Assembly: GCA_965116875.1 (NCBI GenBank)
Contig: OZ220733.1
Coordinates: 32,001 to 96,000, forward strand
Reading direction: 5' to 3'
Length of the DNA stretch: 64,000 nt
Origin: Candidatus Latescibacterota bacterium
GTDB lineage: Bacteria > Latescibacterota > UBA2968 > GCA-2709665
The notes under the pieces were generated by a model that had not been told where the DNA came from, ran no database searches, and was given only the letters and a program-made list of their open reading frames with translations. Below, in pieces: positions 28,106 through 38,419 of this stretch. Made by a program: the position numbers and the translations under genes. Position 1 is the first letter of the stretch. Every line of letters starts with the position of its first letter.

Positions 28106-29023
28106 ATGTTTTCCCAGGAATTAAGAGACCGACTCAAGAACGCACACGCCTACGTTGTGACCCCGTTTAAAAAGGAAGACCCGGGACGACTCGATATGAC
28201 CGCCCAGGAGACGAACGTGGGTTTTCTGATCGAGCAAGGCGTGAAGGTGCTGAACATCGGCGGTGGTACCGGGGAAGTCAACGCCCTTTCAAATTCCGAA
28301 CTTGCAACGCTGAGCCAATCCGCATTTGACATCGCCGGCCCATGCACGCTGGTCATACCCACGCTGCCCGGGAATCTTGGCGACGCCCTGGAACTCGCGC
28401 CGGTCTACGAACGAATGGGCGCGCGGGTCGTACTGGCCATGGCGCCGTACATCCGCAACGAGACGCCGGACGACCTGGAGGGCGTTCTCAGCCACTATCG
28501 GATCCTTGCGGGCGCAACCGGTCTGGCGTTAATGCCCTACAATACGCAGGCCTGGCCGGCGACGTTCTTTACCAGGCTTGCGGAGGTCGATCGTATCATC
28601 GGGATCAAGGACCCCTGCCGGGCGCCGCACAATCTGTTCGGCGCCATTCAGAGCCTGGGCGACCGCTTTGTCTGGATCGGCAACAAACGCCACGATCCCG
28701 GCGTGCTGCACCTGCGTTTTCAAATGGGCATCGAGGGTTTCTCCGCCGGCATGGTCAACTTCGCGCCGCAATACGAACTCAGACTCTTCGACCTCGCCCT
28801 CGAGAAGAACTGGGAGGCCATGGTCGTCATCCAGCGCCGGCTGGCCCCGATGGAAAGGCTGAGATTCCGGTACGGGGACGTCGCGATGATCAAGGCCGGC
28901 ATGGACCTGGTTGGTCTGCGGGGCGGCCCCGTACGACCGCCTCGCGTCGACGTACCGGAACCCGGTCGCGCCGAAATCCGTGCTGCGCTCGACAAACTCG
29001 GGTTAAACACGATACAGGGATAA
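28106..29023 (+). CDS. Dihydrodipicolinate synthase (DapA-like) family lyase
   Basis: VVTPF, GGTGE, LMPYN, IIGIKD and GPVRPP motifs. Confidence 0.85.
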   Translation: MFSQELRDRLKNAHAYVVTPFKKEDPGRLDMTAQETNVGFLIEQGVKVLNIGGGTGEVNALSNSELATLSQSAFDIAGPCTLVIPTLPGNLGDALELAPVYERMGARVVLAMAPYIRNETPDDLEGVLSHYRILAGATGLALMPYNTQAWPATFFTRLAEVDRIIGIKDPCRAPHNLFGAIQSLGDRFVWIGNKRHDPGVLHLRFQMGIEGFSAGMVNFAPQYELRLFDLALEKNWEAMVVIQRRLAPMERLRFRYGDVAMIKAGMDLVGLRGGPVRPPRVDVPEPGRAEIRAALDKLGLNTIQG

Positions 29024-29070
29024 TCCGCTGACAGACGACGCGTGAGACCGCAATCACCACCGATCGGTCT

Positions 29071-30315
29071 TCAAGAGTCACCGGAAACGGCGGGGGCGGC
29101 ATCGAAGTAGCCCTCGTCGCCGAAGAACGGAAACATCCCGAACCCCGCCGCCAGGTCGCGTTGCTCCCAGACCAGGCCCGTCTCGCAATAACTCAGCGAT
29201 CCGTGTGCGGGTGGCGAGAATTCCGGTCGCCCCAGCAGGTCGCTCCGGAACCACACGCTACGGTGTCCGAAGCACACCCCCTTCTCCAGATTGTCCCGTG
29301 CAAATTCCACCATATGCGGAAACGTCCGCTGGTACTCCGCGCCGGGACCGTATTCGACGTGGTTCTTCAGGCTTTCTCCCGCGGCCTGGACCTCGCCCAT
29401 CGACATGGGTACACCGTTTCTTATAAACAGGGCATCGGTGTTCGGATCCACCACCGCCCACTTGCCGTACTCGTTGAACCACACCTCCGCCACGAAATGA
29501 CCGTTGAATCCGTTGACCGCCTCGGTCAGGACGGCGCATCGGGACGGAATACCCGCCGCCTGGGCGCAGCTGACGAAAGCCGCGGCATAGTGAACGCACA
29601 TTGCCACCGGCCGTTTCCCGTTGTGTCCGACCTGACGGGGAGCCCATGCGAGCAGGGTTTCGGCGTCCCATGGCGCGTATTGACCCGCCCGGAGCGAATT
29701 GGTGTGCTCCCAGCTGGACGCCAGCCAGGACGTCAATGCGCGGACCCGGTTCAAAAGTGGCCCCTGGTCTTTTGCGACGGGCGGCAGCAAACGCCTCAAC
29801 GACAGCAACCTGGGCGACTCCGCGACCTCCCACACCATGGAGGGAGGCGGCGGGTCCTCGCCCTCGGCCAGCCGCACCCGGACGACGTACTCGCCCAGGA
29901 CCGCGTTGAGATAGCCCATCCGGTCGCTCCGCCAGGTCTTCCCGCCGTCGTCACTCACCCCGCTGCCGGTTCCGGCACGGCCCGCTTCCATCGCGAGGGA
30001 CCAGCCGTCCATCGCCGTCCCGTCTGTCCACAGCTCGAATGTGTTGTCGCCGGCCCTTAGAGCAGAGACGGAAATCTCAACCCATGAATACGCGCCGGGC
30101 CGATCGGGCTCGATCTCGATGACTTCATCGCCGTTCACGGCCACCCGTAGCGGAGCCGCGTTTTCGGGATAGGGCCGGGCGAGGATATAGACCTGCCCCG
30201 GCGCGTCCGTAGCCGGCAGCGCGAGCCTCTTGCGGGCCCGGCGGAACGTCGTCAACTCCTCGCAAAGCGCCGGCATCACCCGCCCTTCTTCGCTATAATA
30301 CAATCGGCTCATCAA
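29071..30315 (-). CDS. Transglutaminase-like domain protein
   Basis: Cys-His-Asp triad motifs MCVHYA, GHFVAEVW and WAVVDP. Confidence 0.75.
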   Translation of the reverse strand: MMSRLYYSEEGRVMPALCEELTTFRRARKRLALPATDAPGQVYILARPYPENAAPLRVAVNGDEVIEIEPDRPGAYSWVEISVSALRAGDNTFELWTDGTAMDGWSLAMEAGRAGTGSGVSDDGGKTWRSDRMGYLNAVLGEYVVRVRLAEGEDPPPPSMVWEVAESPRLLSLRRLLPPVAKDQGPLLNRVRALTSWLASSWEHTNSLRAGQYAPWDAETLLAWAPRQVGHNGKRPVAMCVHYAAAFVSCAQAAGIPSRCAVLTEAVNGFNGHFVAEVWFNEYGKWAVVDPNTDALFIRNGVPMSMGEVQAAGESLKNHVEYGPGAEYQRTFPHMVEFARDNLEKGVCFGHRSVWFRSDLLGRPEFSPPAHGSLSYCETGLVWEQRDLAAGFGMFPFFGDEGYFDAAPAVSGDS

Positions 30316-30430
30316 GGCCTCTCACTGTGAGGTTGGCGGCTTCCCGCTGTCGGCTGACAGCTGTTCTGCTGCTCCTGGTCGGCCGAATTCAGGCAATCCA
30401 TTTCGGGAGCGGAAAACCGGTTCCTCGAAA

Positions 30431-31333
30431 TCATCGTCCGATATATTCCGGGAAGGCAAGTTTCCAGTTCTCGTAAATGATATTGTGGATCACTTCGTCC
30501 GGAACCGTTGGGAAACGGGTCCCCATGACCACGTCATTCACTTTCCACTGCCCGGCGATGACCTGCGCCGCCGTGGCCGACGGAAAGTCGGATCCGAAAA
30601 TCAGTTTGTGTTCCACTCCGTATTCGATCGCCGACATCAAGGCCTGATAGTGCCGCCGCGGCCGGTAGTGGAGCGCGGATATGTTCGTGTAGAGGTTGGG
30701 ATGCTTCCGGATCAGCACCACGCATTCATCTTCCCAGGGATGCCCCATGTGGGAAATGACGATGCGAAGATCCGGACACGCAATTGCGATATCCTCGAGT
30801 TGAATGGGATTCGCGTACTTCAGCGGCCCGTACCGGACGAACGAGGTCCCCTGATGGATATTCAGGGGAATACCCAGCGATTCCGCCTTTTTGAAGAACG
30901 GCAGGTGCCGGGGATCCTGCGGGTCCCAGTTCTGGTAGATCGGCGCCACCTTCAACCCCCGCAGCCCAAGGTCCTCCACGCAATATACCAGTTGATCGAC
31001 ACAATCCGCGTCGTTCGGATTGACCGAACACCAGCCGAAGAACCGGTCCGGGTTGTCGTCCACGAATCCGGCAACCAGTTCCTGGGGCACGTCGATTCCC
31101 ACGTGCGGCGCACGCAGGCCGAACACGATGGCGCGGTCGCAGTCTTCCGTTGCCTCCAGCAATTGCCCGGGCCTGGCATCGAACGCATTGCGCTCGTGGG
31201 TGGCGTCGTCGGCGTAATACACGTCGGGCGACAATCGCATCTTCGCCTTCTTGGCCGCAAGCGCAGACTCGATGAATTCATCCGACAGATGGTCCGGATA
31301 CCACAGCAGATTCGTATGCGTGTCGAAGAGCAT
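30431..31333 (-). CDS. Amidohydrolase_2 family protein
   Basis: DTHTN, GLKVAP, IHQG, SHMGHP and FGSDFP motifs. Confidence 0.87.
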   Translation of the reverse strand: MLFDTHTNLLWYPDHLSDEFIESALAAKKAKMRLSPDVYYADDATHERNAFDARPGQLLEATEDCDRAIVFGLRAPHVGIDVPQELVAGFVDDNPDRFFGWCSVNPNDADCVDQLVYCVEDLGLRGLKVAPIYQNWDPQDPRHLPFFKKAESLGIPLNIHQGTSFVRYGPLKYANPIQLEDIAIACPDLRIVISHMGHPWEDECVVLIRKHPNLYTNISALHYRPRRHYQALMSAIEYGVEHKLIFGSDFPSATAAQVIAGQWKVNDVVMGTRFPTVPDEVIHNIIYENWKLAFPEYIGR

Positions 31334-31358
31334 GCCGCGCTCCGTTGGCGACGGACTG

Positions 31359-32945
31359 TTATGCCAGAAACCGCCTCAGCACATTGCCCGTCAGCCGGGA
31401 CAGTTCATCGCTGACCAGCAGGGAACTGATACAGGTGATCGACCCCGTGGAAAAGACGGCGCCGCCCCCGTCCGGTTCGTGAATGACCATATGTGCGCCG
31501 CCGTCGTTGTCGTTGGTCCCGCGGGCGAGCAGCCTGACGTTTTCGGGAGAGAACCTGGCCGAGATCTTGTCCGTTTCGTGTCCCGACGCCCCTCCCGGAA
31601 TTCGCATGTGCAGACACTCCCGGCCAAAGAGTTCGCCGTCCTCGAGGCCGGTGCCCTCGAATGCCCAGTGTCCCGCGTCAACGACCCGGTACGGCGCCGC
31701 GGTCATGATGCCGGCATCGGTGAACACGACCCCCAGCAGGTTGGCCTCGGATTCCTGGCGCATATGCATCCGGCTTTCAAAATTTCCGTCCCGCTGCTGA
31801 CGCCGGTTTCCGTTGTGGACAATCATCGTTTCCTCGTCCGGCAATTCCACCTCGCAGTTCAGCCCGTTTCCGCCCATATACATCAGCCTCCCGCCGCGAT
31901 TGAAGACCCAGTCCTTCACCTCGTAATACATCCTGGACGACCAGTATTCAGGATGGGGACCCAGAATCAAAACGGCGTAATCGTCCAGATTGAGCGCTCC
32001 GAAATGCAGCTGTGTCTCCGAGTAGAGGTCGTACTCGAACCCTTCCCGCTCCAGCCAGCCCATCAACCGCCATTCCGCCGGCGCCACGTGATTCGGGGCC
32101 CGCCCCTCGATCGGATCGGTTACCTGTTCTTCCTCGGGTACCGCATTGATCGGCTCCGGACGCTCGAACGACAGCGGCAGATACTCCTCCGCATCGTAGT
32201 TTATGTGCTCCGGATCGGTGTAGCGCTTCAATTCGAGCCGGGCATTGATGGTTGGTGTGGGAGGCATCTTGTCCGGGTGAATATAGTTGCTGCGTCCGCC
32301 GAAATTATTGTAGCAGTTCCAGTTGATGTTCGACGCCAGCACGGCCACTCTCGCCCGCGGTTGGGACGGCGCAACAACCCACGGAAACGAAAAGAACAGG
32401 CCGGAATCCGTTTTCGCATGAAAATAGTAGAGGCCGGACCGTTCAGGCGCCGTGACCAGTTGTTTATGTCCCGGGCTGGTATACCCGAACCGGTTCCACT
32501 GTGCGCCCACCTGCGTATAATCACCGTCGGGAGTCAGCTGCACGGTAGCCCGCGGTCCGTGCTCGTCGTACCACCCGATCGGCCTGATGAGTTCCTTTTT
32601 CCAGCCGTAACGCCACAACTCCAGTTTGTACTGTTCGTGTGAATGCACGCGAAATTCGGAGCGATCGCCCGACTTGACGCACTTGGGCCACACGTAGCCC
32701 ATGAGGCAGTCCTTCAGCAGACGAAACTGATGGGGTTCATCGGGCTTCACCTCCATATTGACGATCTTCGACCCGTACCCATGCCGCGCCAGAACCACCT
32801 GATACCGCCCTGGCGAAACGTCCGCATATACCGCACCCGATGCCGACGAACGTGCGGGAACCGCGTTTCCCGACGCGTCCCTGAACTCCAGCGCCACGTC
32901 AGACATCGCGATATAGCGCTCATCACTCACGTATCCCACCAGCAT
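31359..32945 (-). CDS. N,N-dimethylformamidase large-subunit-like protein with N-terminal beta-sandwich
   Basis: SGLYYFH, NWNCYNNFGGRSNY, LSFERP, HPEYWS, YMGGN, GHETD and VFSTGSI motifs, recognised as the DmfA2-like family. Confidence 0.75.
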   Translation of the reverse strand: MLVGYVSDERYIAMSDVALEFRDASGNAVPARSSASGAVYADVSPGRYQVVLARHGYGSKIVNMEVKPDEPHQFRLLKDCLMGYVWPKCVKSGDRSEFRVHSHEQYKLELWRYGWKKELIRPIGWYDEHGPRATVQLTPDGDYTQVGAQWNRFGYTSPGHKQLVTAPERSGLYYFHAKTDSGLFFSFPWVVAPSQPRARVAVLASNINWNCYNNFGGRSNYIHPDKMPPTPTINARLELKRYTDPEHINYDAEEYLPLSFERPEPINAVPEEEQVTDPIEGRAPNHVAPAEWRLMGWLEREGFEYDLYSETQLHFGALNLDDYAVLILGPHPEYWSSRMYYEVKDWVFNRGGRLMYMGGNGLNCEVELPDEETMIVHNGNRRQQRDGNFESRMHMRQESEANLLGVVFTDAGIMTAAPYRVVDAGHWAFEGTGLEDGELFGRECLHMRIPGGASGHETDKISARFSPENVRLLARGTNDNDGGAHMVIHEPDGGGAVFSTGSITCISSLLVSDELSRLTGNVLRRFLA

Positions 32946-33021
32946 ATCGCGCTCTCCTTGCTTTGAGTCTCCGTATTGATTCTCATCTGTCAATCGATGT
33001 GCGTTCGATGCAATCGTCCCC

Positions 33022-34422
33022 TTACGTCGTATAGCCGGGAGGGTGCTCCGCCCGCCAGTCCGTTGCCTGCTCGTACGCGTAGGCCAGCCGCAGAATCGTC
33101 GCCTCGTCGTAAGGCTTGCCGGTCAGCTGCAGTCCTACCGGAAGTCCCCGGGACGTAAACCCGCAGGGTACGGATACCGCGCACAGACCCAGCCAGTTTA
33201 CGAGCCGCGTGAGCAGACGGTGCGGCTCCCCGCGGTCCAGATCGCTCAAGCGCGGGGCGGGCGACAACATCGTGGGACCGGCGACGGCCTCGACGTCTCT
33301 CAACCTTGCCGCCGTCGTGCGCATCATTTCGGCTCGTTTTCGCTGAATCTCCGCAAGATCGACGGCAAGCAGGTCCGGCTCGACCTGAAGGCGCGCACGG
33401 ACGCCGGCGCCGAACGAATCCGGCGTTTCCGCCAACGCCTTGCGATGAACAACGACCGCCTCGGTCCGCAGGAGCCTCAGGTTATCTTCCTCTCGTTCGG
33501 CCTGAACCGCCTCGGGTAACGTCATTTCCCGGACGTGGACGCCCAGGCCGGCGAGGACATGAATCGCATCTTCCACGCGAGAGACGACGTCCGGTTCCGC
33601 CCCACTGAAGAATGGTTCGCGGACCACGGCGAGCCGAAGGCCGGAGACATCCTTCTTCATGAGACCCACGACGTCGCCAACCGGCAGATCGAGTGCGGTG
33701 GCATCTCCGGCATCCGCGCCCGCGATCGCCTCATAGATCAGCGCGGCGTCCTCGACGCATCTGGCCATGGGCCCGATCGTGTCCAGCGTCCAGGAAAGCG
33801 GCATGACGCCCGCCGTGCCGATGCGGCCCGTTGTGGTCTTGAGACCGACGATACCGCAGTATGCCGCGGGAATACGCACCGACCCGCCGGTGTCCGTTCC
33901 GATCGCGGTCGCGGCCAGGCCGGCCGCGACCGCCAGCCCGGATCCGCTGCTGGATCCGCCGGGAACCCGCCGCGGGTCCCATGGATTCGGCGGCGTGCCG
34001 AAGTGAGGGTTGATTCCGAACGGACCGAAGGCATATTCCACAAGGTTCGTCTTGCCCAGCAGCACCGTGCCCGCCCGCGCCAGTCGCTTCGCCACCGTGG
34101 AGGAGGCCGCGGGCACGTAGTCCTTCCTCGCCAGCGCTCCCGACGTGGTTCGAATGCCCGCGGTATCGCACAGGTCCTTCAATGCAATCGGCACGCCGTG
34201 CAGCGGCCCGGCATCGTTGCCGGACCGGAGCGCCCGTTCCGCGGCCTTCGCATCCGCCCGCGCTCGATCGGGGGTTACCGTAATGAAGGCATTCGTGCGA
34301 GGCTGATACCGATGGATGCGCTCCAGATACGCTTCGGTTACGTCTACAGGCGAAACCTGTCCGCTGCGGTACAGCCCGGCGAGTTCCCCGGCCGTCAGAA
34401 AATGAAGTGCGCGCTGTGCCAT
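33022..34422 (-). CDS. Amidase-signature family enzyme
   Basis: LHGVPIALKD, GGSSSGS and GTDTGGSVRIPA motifs. Confidence 0.92.
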   Translation of the reverse strand: MAQRALHFLTAGELAGLYRSGQVSPVDVTEAYLERIHRYQPRTNAFITVTPDRARADAKAAERALRSGNDAGPLHGVPIALKDLCDTAGIRTTSGALARKDYVPAASSTVAKRLARAGTVLLGKTNLVEYAFGPFGINPHFGTPPNPWDPRRVPGGSSSGSGLAVAAGLAATAIGTDTGGSVRIPAAYCGIVGLKTTTGRIGTAGVMPLSWTLDTIGPMARCVEDAALIYEAIAGADAGDATALDLPVGDVVGLMKKDVSGLRLAVVREPFFSGAEPDVVSRVEDAIHVLAGLGVHVREMTLPEAVQAEREEDNLRLLRTEAVVVHRKALAETPDSFGAGVRARLQVEPDLLAVDLAEIQRKRAEMMRTTAARLRDVEAVAGPTMLSPAPRLSDLDRGEPHRLLTRLVNWLGLCAVSVPCGFTSRGLPVGLQLTGKPYDEATILRLAYAYEQATDWRAEHPPGYTT

Positions 34423-34521
34423 AACAGTCCGTTGATCATGCCGTTCTGAAGGCCTGCCCGTGAAGCGTTGGCAGGCAGGCGAGGCCGCCGCCGCAATACC
34501 CGGAACACCGCAGGCATCGGC

Positions 34522-34860
34522 CTAACCACAGCCCGGTCCTCTGACCTCCTGCCACGCAACCTGTTCCGGCAGCAACCCGCGCGCGAAGCCTTTCGGGTCC
34601 GCACGATGGCCATCGACGAGTTGCCGGATCTCTTTCAACACCCGCTCGCGGTCGTAAAGTCCGTACCGGTAGATGTCGATCGGCCCGATAAGCTTCAGAT
34701 AGAAATGGTTGCCGGCATCGTGCTCCTCCGCGCATGCGCTGGGCTTGTGAGCGATATCCAGCTGCGCATCGAACGCGTCCGCGAAAGCAGCCAGCAGCGG
34801 TTCACCGTGCAGATCGGCCGGAATCTCCGGAAACCGGTTTACCAGTTCCTGAATTGTCAT
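34522..34860 (-). CDS. Hypothetical protein
   Basis: MTIQELVNRF...PGCG, preceded by GGAGGA RBS, in operon order. Confidence 0.65.
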   Translation of the reverse strand: MTIQELVNRFPEIPADLHGEPLLAAFADAFDAQLDIAHKPSACAEEHDAGNHFYLKLIGPIDIYRYGLYDRERVLKEIRQLVDGHRADPKGFARGLLPEQVAWQEVRGPGCG

Positions 34861-35269
34861 CCTCCTGCTCCTCTCCCTGATCCGTCCCGGTTTCCCGAAG
34901 CAACTCATCGGGAATCCGCTTGCGCCCCTGATAACCTTCCATGGGACCGTGGTAATGCGTGATGGCCGGCTCATCGCTTCGCCAGCACAGAAGCACCTCC
35001 TGTCCGTCAATTACGCCGGGAAAATCCACAAGACCCAGGCTGAAATTGGGGTCCTTGTACGAACATCCGATACCCTCCAGTTCCTGGAAGAACTCATTCA
35101 ACGATGCAATCAGCTTTTTGATCTCGGCATCGTCGGCCGCGGCTGGCCCCAGTTCCCCGGCAAGCTGCCTCAACCTGCGTCCGGACGCCTGGATGTCGGC
35201 AACGATGCGTTTCACCAGCGGCAGGGTCCGGTTGGCCTCAAGCGGCGTGAAATACCTGATTTCGTTCAT
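34802..35269 (-). CDS. DUF2203 family protein
   Basis: FTPLEANRTLPLV ... GLVDFP ... LCWRSDE ... H...GYQGRK. Confidence 0.85.
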   Translation of the reverse strand: MNEIRYFTPLEANRTLPLVKRIVADIQASGRRLRQLAGELGPAAADDAEIKKLIASLNEFFQELEGIGCSYKDPNFSLGLVDFPGVIDGQEVLLCWRSDEPAITHYHGPMEGYQGRKRIPDELLRETGTDQGEEQEDDNSGTGKPVSGDSGRSAR

Positions 35270-35285
35270 CGACGCCACCCCCTTG

Positions 35286-36353
35286 TCAAAAGGCGCCGGG
35301 CTCCGTGCCCGCGTCCCGAGGGTTTCGATCCCGCCGGCCGACGTCACCCGACACGAAATCGTCCAGCCGTATCAGCGCTCCTCCGCGGGATGCAGACGCA
35401 TTCGCGCCCAGCACCGCGGCCAGACTGTTCAACGCCTGCCCGTACCCGTTTCGCAGTGCCGACGGGTCGCCCGATCGGATCGCGTTGACAAATTCACGCG
35501 CCTGGCTGGCAAACGCATTGTCCGCGGCGGGCGCCTTGAAAACCGTCTCCCCGTTTTCCACGACCCTCTCCGCTGACCACTCCATCAGCGAATCGTCGCA
35601 CACCACCACCACCTCCCGCCTGGACGCACTCACGTTCGTCAGCACGCGCGAGGTGGTCACACTGGCCACAACGCCGTTTTCGAATCGGTAATTCACGTCG
35701 TACACATGGGGCAGGTTGATGGGCTCGGGACCTTCCCCGGGCTTGCGATAATGATAAAACGCGGAAACCTCCGTGATGTCACCCAGGAAGAACCTGAGCA
35801 GGTCCACCATATGAATCGTATTCTCCACAAACGATCCGCCGCAGAGTTCGAAACGGCTTGTCCAGTATCGAATGTGGCTGCCGCTGTAAAGCAGTTGTAC
35901 GAGCGCGTGTCTGGGCGTCCGTTTCGAGATCCGGTCTCGCATGAACTTCGCGGTTGTGTAGTACCGACTCATGAAACCAACCTGAGAAGGAACCCCCGAC
36001 TTCCTTATCGCTTCGCTGAACCGGACGGCCTGTGCCATGTCGAGCGTCTGGGGCTTCTCCACCATGACGGGAATCCCCTTCTCCGCGGCAATCAATTCGG
36101 CATCCGTATGCAGGGTGGGCGGGATGCAGACGTAGACGCCGTCCAGATGCTCCTTGTCGAACATTTCGCGATGGTCTGTATATACGGCATTCGCCCCGAA
36201 AGTCCGCGCGTGGCTGGCGGCCGTTTCACCGTCCACGTCGCAAAACGCCTGCAGGGTTACCATGCCTTTCCCCGCCAGCTCGGCAAGCGGCGGTAGATGG
36301 GCATTGACCGTAATGTGCCCCAGTCCGACGAAACCCAGTCGTGCGGCGGTCAT
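35286..36353 (-). CDS. Gfo/Idh/MocA family oxidoreductase
   Basis: GFVGLG, VEKP and ENTIHMVD motifs. Confidence 0.88.
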   Translation of the reverse strand: MTAARLGFVGLGHITVNAHLPPLAELAGKGMVTLQAFCDVDGETAASHARTFGANAVYTDHREMFDKEHLDGVYVCIPPTLHTDAELIAAEKGIPVMVEKPQTLDMAQAVRFSEAIRKSGVPSQVGFMSRYYTTAKFMRDRISKRTPRHALVQLLYSGSHIRYWTSRFELCGGSFVENTIHMVDLLRFFLGDITEVSAFYHYRKPGEGPEPINLPHVYDVNYRFENGVVASVTTSRVLTNVSASRREVVVVCDDSLMEWSAERVVENGETVFKAPAADNAFASQAREFVNAIRSGDPSALRNGYGQALNSLAAVLGANASASRGGALIRLDDFVSGDVGRRDRNPRDAGTEPGAF

Positions 36354-36373
36354 CCTCTTCCTCCTCGATCTGC

Positions 36374-37057
36374 TCACCGTACGTCGCGATAAAGACGGCA
36401 CAGCCGCTTGTCCGAGACCGAACACAGATACAGGATTCGTAACATCCACATCCAGAGAATCGTGGGTACGACCCCCCACCGCCGCCATCGGCGCGTGGAC
36501 GTACGGACGCTGCCCTCCAGCAGAACGAAACGGCCCAGCTTCCTCACGGCGGCGCAGAACTCCGAGTCCTCGAAAAGCGCCACTTCCGGAAAGCCGGCCA
36601 CGCGGTCGAAAACGGCCCGCCGGACGTATATTCCCTGATCTCCGTAGGTGATTCCCAGATATCTGGACCGCATCGTGGAGAGGAATGCGATCGTCCGGAA
36701 CATCCACGTATCTTCGGTTAGCCCCATCCGGAAACTTCCGCCTGCCACTCCCGGGTCCTGGAGCGATTCCCGGATCATCCGGACGGCGCCGTCAGGCAGA
36801 AACGTATCGGCGTGCAGAAACAGAAGCACGTCCCCGGAGGCCAGACTCGCCCCGCGATTCAGCTGCGCGGACCGGCCTGATTTCGGCGACGTCACCAGCC
36901 GCGCGATTCCGGCTGCCCGGGTCCGGTCCTGCGTTCCGTCCCGGCTGCCGCCATCGACCACGATCACCTCGACGTTCCGAAGTCCGCGGAACTGCGCCAG
37001 GCAGCCGGCTATCGCTTCCGCCTCGTTGACAACGGGAATGATGACACTGATCTGCAA
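36374..37057 (-). CDS. GT2 glycosyltransferase (TIGR04283-like)
   Basis: VIIPVVNE, VVDGGSRD, LFLHADT, YGDQG, ED.EF and TSTRRW motifs. Confidence 0.85.
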   Translation of the reverse strand: MQISVIIPVVNEAEAIAGCLAQFRGLRNVEVIVVDGGSRDGTQDRTRAAGIARLVTSPKSGRSAQLNRGASLASGDVLLFLHADTFLPDGAVRMIRESLQDPGVAGGSFRMGLTEDTWMFRTIAFLSTMRSRYLGITYGDQGIYVRRAVFDRVAGFPEVALFEDSEFCAAVRKLGRFVLLEGSVRTSTRRWRRWGVVPTILWMWMLRILYLCSVSDKRLCRLYRDVR

Positions 37058-37090
37058 CGTGGTCTCGTGGAATGAAAAACGCCTGTCGCG

Positions 37091-37660
37091 CTACCGCCTT
37101 TGTTTCAGCAAGATGCGCGCGTAGCTTGCTGACGAAGTCAGAAGAAGAAACGCCGACAGATACAGAAAAGGTACTTTCAGCGGTTGCGCATCCATTGCGT
37201 AGGCAATCAGCAGGACGCTCAACGCACAACTGGTCAGCTTGCCCCAGACGTTGGAAGAGTGCACGATTCGTTCCCGATTCAACAAGAAGACACCGGCCGC
37301 CACAATGGAAACATCCCGTCCAACGACCACGGCGACGACCCAGAGCGGCAATCCCTTTACAATTGCCAGCGTGATCGCGATCGCATCGATGGCCACCTTG
37401 TCGGCAAGCGGGTCCAGGATCTTTCCCCAGCGGGTAACCGTCTCCCAGCGCCTTGCGAGATATCCGTCCAGAATATCGGTTATAATCATTGCCATGACAA
37501 CGGAGAACAGATACCACTTATACGCCGGACCCATCCAGATCATCCAGAGAACCGGGCCGGTCAACACGACGCGGAGCAGGCTCAGGCCGTTTGCGACTGT
37601 CCAGAACGGATCTGCCGAACCATTCCGGCGGGGCTCGGCAGGGGAGGCTCCTTCGTTCAT
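37091..37660 (-). CDS. CDP-alcohol phosphatidyltransferase family protein
   Basis: TVANGLSLLR and DILDGYLARR...GKILDPLADK signature. Confidence 0.9.
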   Translation of the reverse strand: MNEGASPAEPRRNGSADPFWTVANGLSLLRVVLTGPVLWMIWMGPAYKWYLFSVVMAMIITDILDGYLARRWETVTRWGKILDPLADKVAIDAIAITLAIVKGLPLWVVAVVVGRDVSIVAAGVFLLNRERIVHSSNVWGKLTSCALSVLLIAYAMDAQPLKVPFLYLSAFLLLTSSASYARILLKQRR

Positions 37661-38316
37661 CGATCCACCTGTTCGCGGGACGAGAGCACGACACAGCCCA
37701 TGTTCGCCAATTCGCAAAACGCATTCTGCGCGGGACCCCACGTGGTCAGATGGTACGTTCCGTCCGGTACCTTCTGGCTTCGCGTGAAATTCGCGAAAAT
37801 ACACGCCACGCCGTCGTGTCGCGCCCGGCTCACCTCAGGTACGCCGTCCCACGGGATGGCCAGTTGCGCGCACCAGCGTCCATTCGGGCCCAACTCCCCG
37901 ACCGTCCAAACCAGTCCCGGAACGTCGAATTCCGCCATCGCCCGCCAGTCGGTCTCCTCCTCATGCGGAAAGTAAAGGTCCAGAACGGCGCCAAGGGGGT
38001 TCACCTCGATTTCGTAGTAACCGCTTCCTGCTCGAAGGAAGACCTCCACCGCACATTCGTTGAACAGGTCCTGGTCCCGCTCCCGCATCGTGACGGAAAC
38101 GGGGGACGGATCGGATACAAGACACACGTAAAGGGCCTCGTCGTCCCAGAGCGCCGCGGCTTCCAGGAAATAACCCGGCGGGTCGGCCCGGGTACCGATC
38201 AGATGGAACGCCCGGCTGATTTTCTCTGCCGAAGCCCACACCGTTCCGGCAATGTTTCCATCCAGTGGCGGCGGAGTGGAGACTCTTCTGCAGCAGTAGA
38301 CAGGTCGCTCTCTCAT
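37657..38316 (-). CDS. CBM9-like / DOMON-like domain protein
   Basis: PPPLDG, LWDDEALY, VEVFL...YYEIEVNPLG and AIPW motifs. Confidence 0.7.
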   Translation of the reverse strand: MRERPVYCCRRVSTPPPLDGNIAGTVWASAEKISRAFHLIGTRADPPGYFLEAAALWDDEALYVCLVSDPSPVSVTMRERDQDLFNECAVEVFLRAGSGYYEIEVNPLGAVLDLYFPHEEETDWRAMAEFDVPGLVWTVGELGPNGRWCAQLAIPWDGVPEVSRARHDGVACIFANFTRSQKVPDGTYHLTTWGPAQNAFCELANMGCVVLSSREQVDR

Positions 38317-38419
38317 TCCTTTTTCCTTCCTGGATTCGTACATGCGAACGGCAACGCCCGCATGCCGCGTTCGTTCATAACACTCCGGAACGACAACGGC
38401 GTTGGTCGCCGCGGTTGAT

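Noticed and set aside
34522-34540. C-terminal GCG-stop as a selenocysteine or redox tail
   Set aside because: The stop is TAG, not TGA, and no SECIS-like hairpin was evident.
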